From assembly GCA_021432655.1 (NCBI GenBank), contig MU271214.1, positions 61,544 to 125,543 on the forward strand: 64,000 bases of DNA, in the 5' to 3' direction. The translations under genes and the position numbers were made by a program. The notes beneath the pieces are model-generated. The model was not told where the DNA came from. It saw nothing but the letters and a program-made list of their open reading frames with translations, and searched no databases. Source of the DNA: Atractiella rhizophila. Its lineage: Eukaryota. This document shows, piece by piece, positions 61,634 to 64,000 of this stretch; the first letter of the stretch is position 1; each line of letters begins with the position of its first letter.

Positions 61634-62550
61634 CTAAGAACAGGATCCTGATCCTTCCCCCGCAGAATAGCCACGTAGAACGGTCAAAACATCAGCGAGC
61701 CTAGCTTCGTCTCCCGCAGATAATCCAGCACCAACAGCTTGCCCTGCAGTTGTAAAAGGCGGTTGAGGCGCTGCGAAGGACATTCCAAGAGGCAGATGTT
61801 GGTGCTGCAATCCAGAAGATCAGCTTCGCAAGAAGCCTAAGACATCAGACAAGCCGACTTGATCTCCTGATGAAACACCTGAGTTTGGTTGACTATCCGC
61901 AGGGATATTGAGGAGCAGCGAGAGAAGCTCTTCCTCCTGCATCCGCGTGATGGTTGCTCCATGTCCTAAGGTGGGAACCACTTGTTGGCGGAGTTGCTGG
62001 CTCTGCATGTTCTGGTGCAGACCGTGCAGAAGACTGCCTTGTTGCCTCAATATATTTTCCAACGAGTCTGGAAACAGATGAAAACAGATGCATGGACAAG
62101 GAAAGAACTGACTTAGGCGATTTTCCAGACGAAGGAGCGAACGCTCCTCAGCTGTGGCGCTGTCCAGTTGCGCCATGTGCGCGAGCTGTTCCAATTCTGC
62201 TTCATTGAGCACCCTTCGTTCTTCATATTGGCAAATAATGGTGGTTGGATCTACTCCTTGAGCAATAGCAGACCGCCTACAAGCTCCACAAATCGGTCGT
62301 GCACTATGAAGCCAAATTAAGTCAACAATTGGTGCAAAATAGGAATCATTCTCACGCGTCGCATCTGACTTTCTGGTTACCCGCAACTCCATCAGTGCCT
62401 TTGCGCTTCCGTGGGAAAAGGTAAGGTACGCACTCTTTCTTTGCAGCGTTTGCATGCTCTACCTCGGGGGAGAGCAGGGAGAGTACCTGAGTTCTTCCCC
62501 GGTGCATTCCCTACAGTCCTGTCTGCATTTATGCTTGTAGTTGGAGGCAT
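61634..62550 (-). CDS. Short Zn(II)2Cys6 transcription factor, multi-exon
   Basis: MPPTT...LPRGRACKRCKE, then RPICGAC-x15-CQYE, a coiled-coil LLRLENRL, and a last exon ending ARLADVLTVLRGYSAGEGSGSCS* (TAG 61636-61634). Confidence 0.75.
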
Positions 62551-64000
62551 GATCCGCCGCAAGATGAGATATCTGCTTGTTTGATACAACACTCCACTTT
62601 CTCAGTTGACACGCTCTGTGGCTTTTTGTCTGGCCTGTCCCGCGTTGCATCCCACCCCATAGCAGCAACATTCGACTTTTAAATGCTCCCCTCCGTCCAT
62701 CCAAGCGTCAGAAGCAGCTTTCCTCCTACCGCGACGGGCGGGAGTACAACGGTTACGTCTTCACATGCTTCCAACCGATAACAGTTTGGATGCAGGACGG
62801 GGTGGAGAGTACACCGAAGCAAACTGGCGGCTTGACGGCTGTTTGCGGGAGGTGTTACCGGATGACTAAACCCTTTCTTATGCCCGGAGGCCACTCCTTC
62901 CCGCGCGGCGCTTTTGAAGGAGAACCGCACAGACTCTGAGATTCCTGAAGCGCTTTCCATCAGGGTCGAGAAAGAGCTGTTGCCTATACTCTCCGGCACC
63001 TTCCCGTTACGCCATCCCAGAAGATATGGCACGGGCATTCTACACGTCTGCATTCTTCGGGTACCTTGGGGAAGTTATAATAAGCAACAAACAGATTTAA
63101 ACTGTCATGCGCCAGAGGGAAAGTTTAATTTAATTCGTTGACGAAAAGGCCAGCTCAGATATCAAGATCAGCATAGGTGCCCAAGGCGATTGTCACCTCT
63201 GCTTAAATCGGACTGGCAGGCAAAGAGCCAGTGCAGAATGAATTAATCAATCAGAGGTTGCCAATCAGGGTCTCTCTCAACTTGGTCAGCCTTCTTGAAC
63301 AGTCAATCTGGTTAGCCTACTGGAGCCTCACCACTTCCTCCTATGTTGCTGAGAGCAGAATGTCGGAGGTCGGTAGGCTCCCTCAACCGTACCGTAGCCC
63401 GCTCACCTTCTGGAGGTACGAAAAGGTCAAAGATTGATCGATTCTCCACTCAGGTCTGGAAGGGTGGAGCAACCTTGCGACCATTTTTAAGATGGGCACG
63501 TCGGGTACAACACCAGTAGGCATAGCGAACTCATACTACCGACAATGGGGAAGAGAGATCCTGTATCTAGTGTTTATGCTCAATACCTTCTCTTGCACAA
63601 GAGCACACATTATACATGTCTGTACATCACTATCTTCGTAACTTCACACTCTCATCCGTGGTAATAACGCTGCTCAGACAGCAGAAACTGGTTGAGATGC
63701 AGAACCAACGAAGGAGAACATGGCCCGGTCTGTGGAGCTTGGACAGTGCACGATGATGACCTGTAACAAAACCATGACGTGACAAAGTATGGATAACGTA
63801 GGAAGAGAGGGTAGACAGGAAGACCGTTGATACCCCTTTTTGCAATCTAACCCTCCAAACTTGTTACATCCCGACGCTCAACGAAAGACTTCCAGATATC
63901 AAGAAATCATGTTCCGTTTGGGCACAATTGGTTGCCTTTGAATAACGGCCAATATATCCCATTCTCTCTATAAACAGAACAACACTCACCACCAATCAAC

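Overview
Eukaryotic (fungal, basidiomycete-like) genomic DNA with short ~45-60 nt GT-AG introns. Ordinary host genes sit at both edges: a secreted S41-type peptidase, a short Zn2Cys6 factor and a Pho80/Pcl-type cyclin on the left, and a membrane-anchored GH5 exo-1,3-beta-glucanase and a second short Zn2Cys6 factor on the right. They bracket a ~47 kb nest of mostly decayed transposons (~11.4-58 kb). The nest holds a CACTG-ended non-autonomous element, two CACTA/Tnp2-type transposase relics, a Copia element, three solo LTRs, two Ty3/Gypsy relics, a near-complete tyrosine-recombinase (DIRS/Ngaro-type) retrotransposon and a Plavaka-type transposase relic. The one clearly intact, recognisable gene inside the nest is an NLR-like immune receptor (patatin - NB-ARC-type NTPase - 8 x 40 aa TPR, ~1301 aa after one splice). 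Its patatin domain appears to have lost the catalytic Asp motif, and its TPR array shows near-identical and mosaic 120-nt units. Other highlights are an array of ~53-nt hairpin repeats with compensatory changes inside the YR retrotransposon, a clear -1 frameshift cassette in a Gypsy element, and a HoxX/HypX-like pseudogene. Family calls come from recognising motifs by eye; no database searches were run. There is an assembly gap at 18908-19254.
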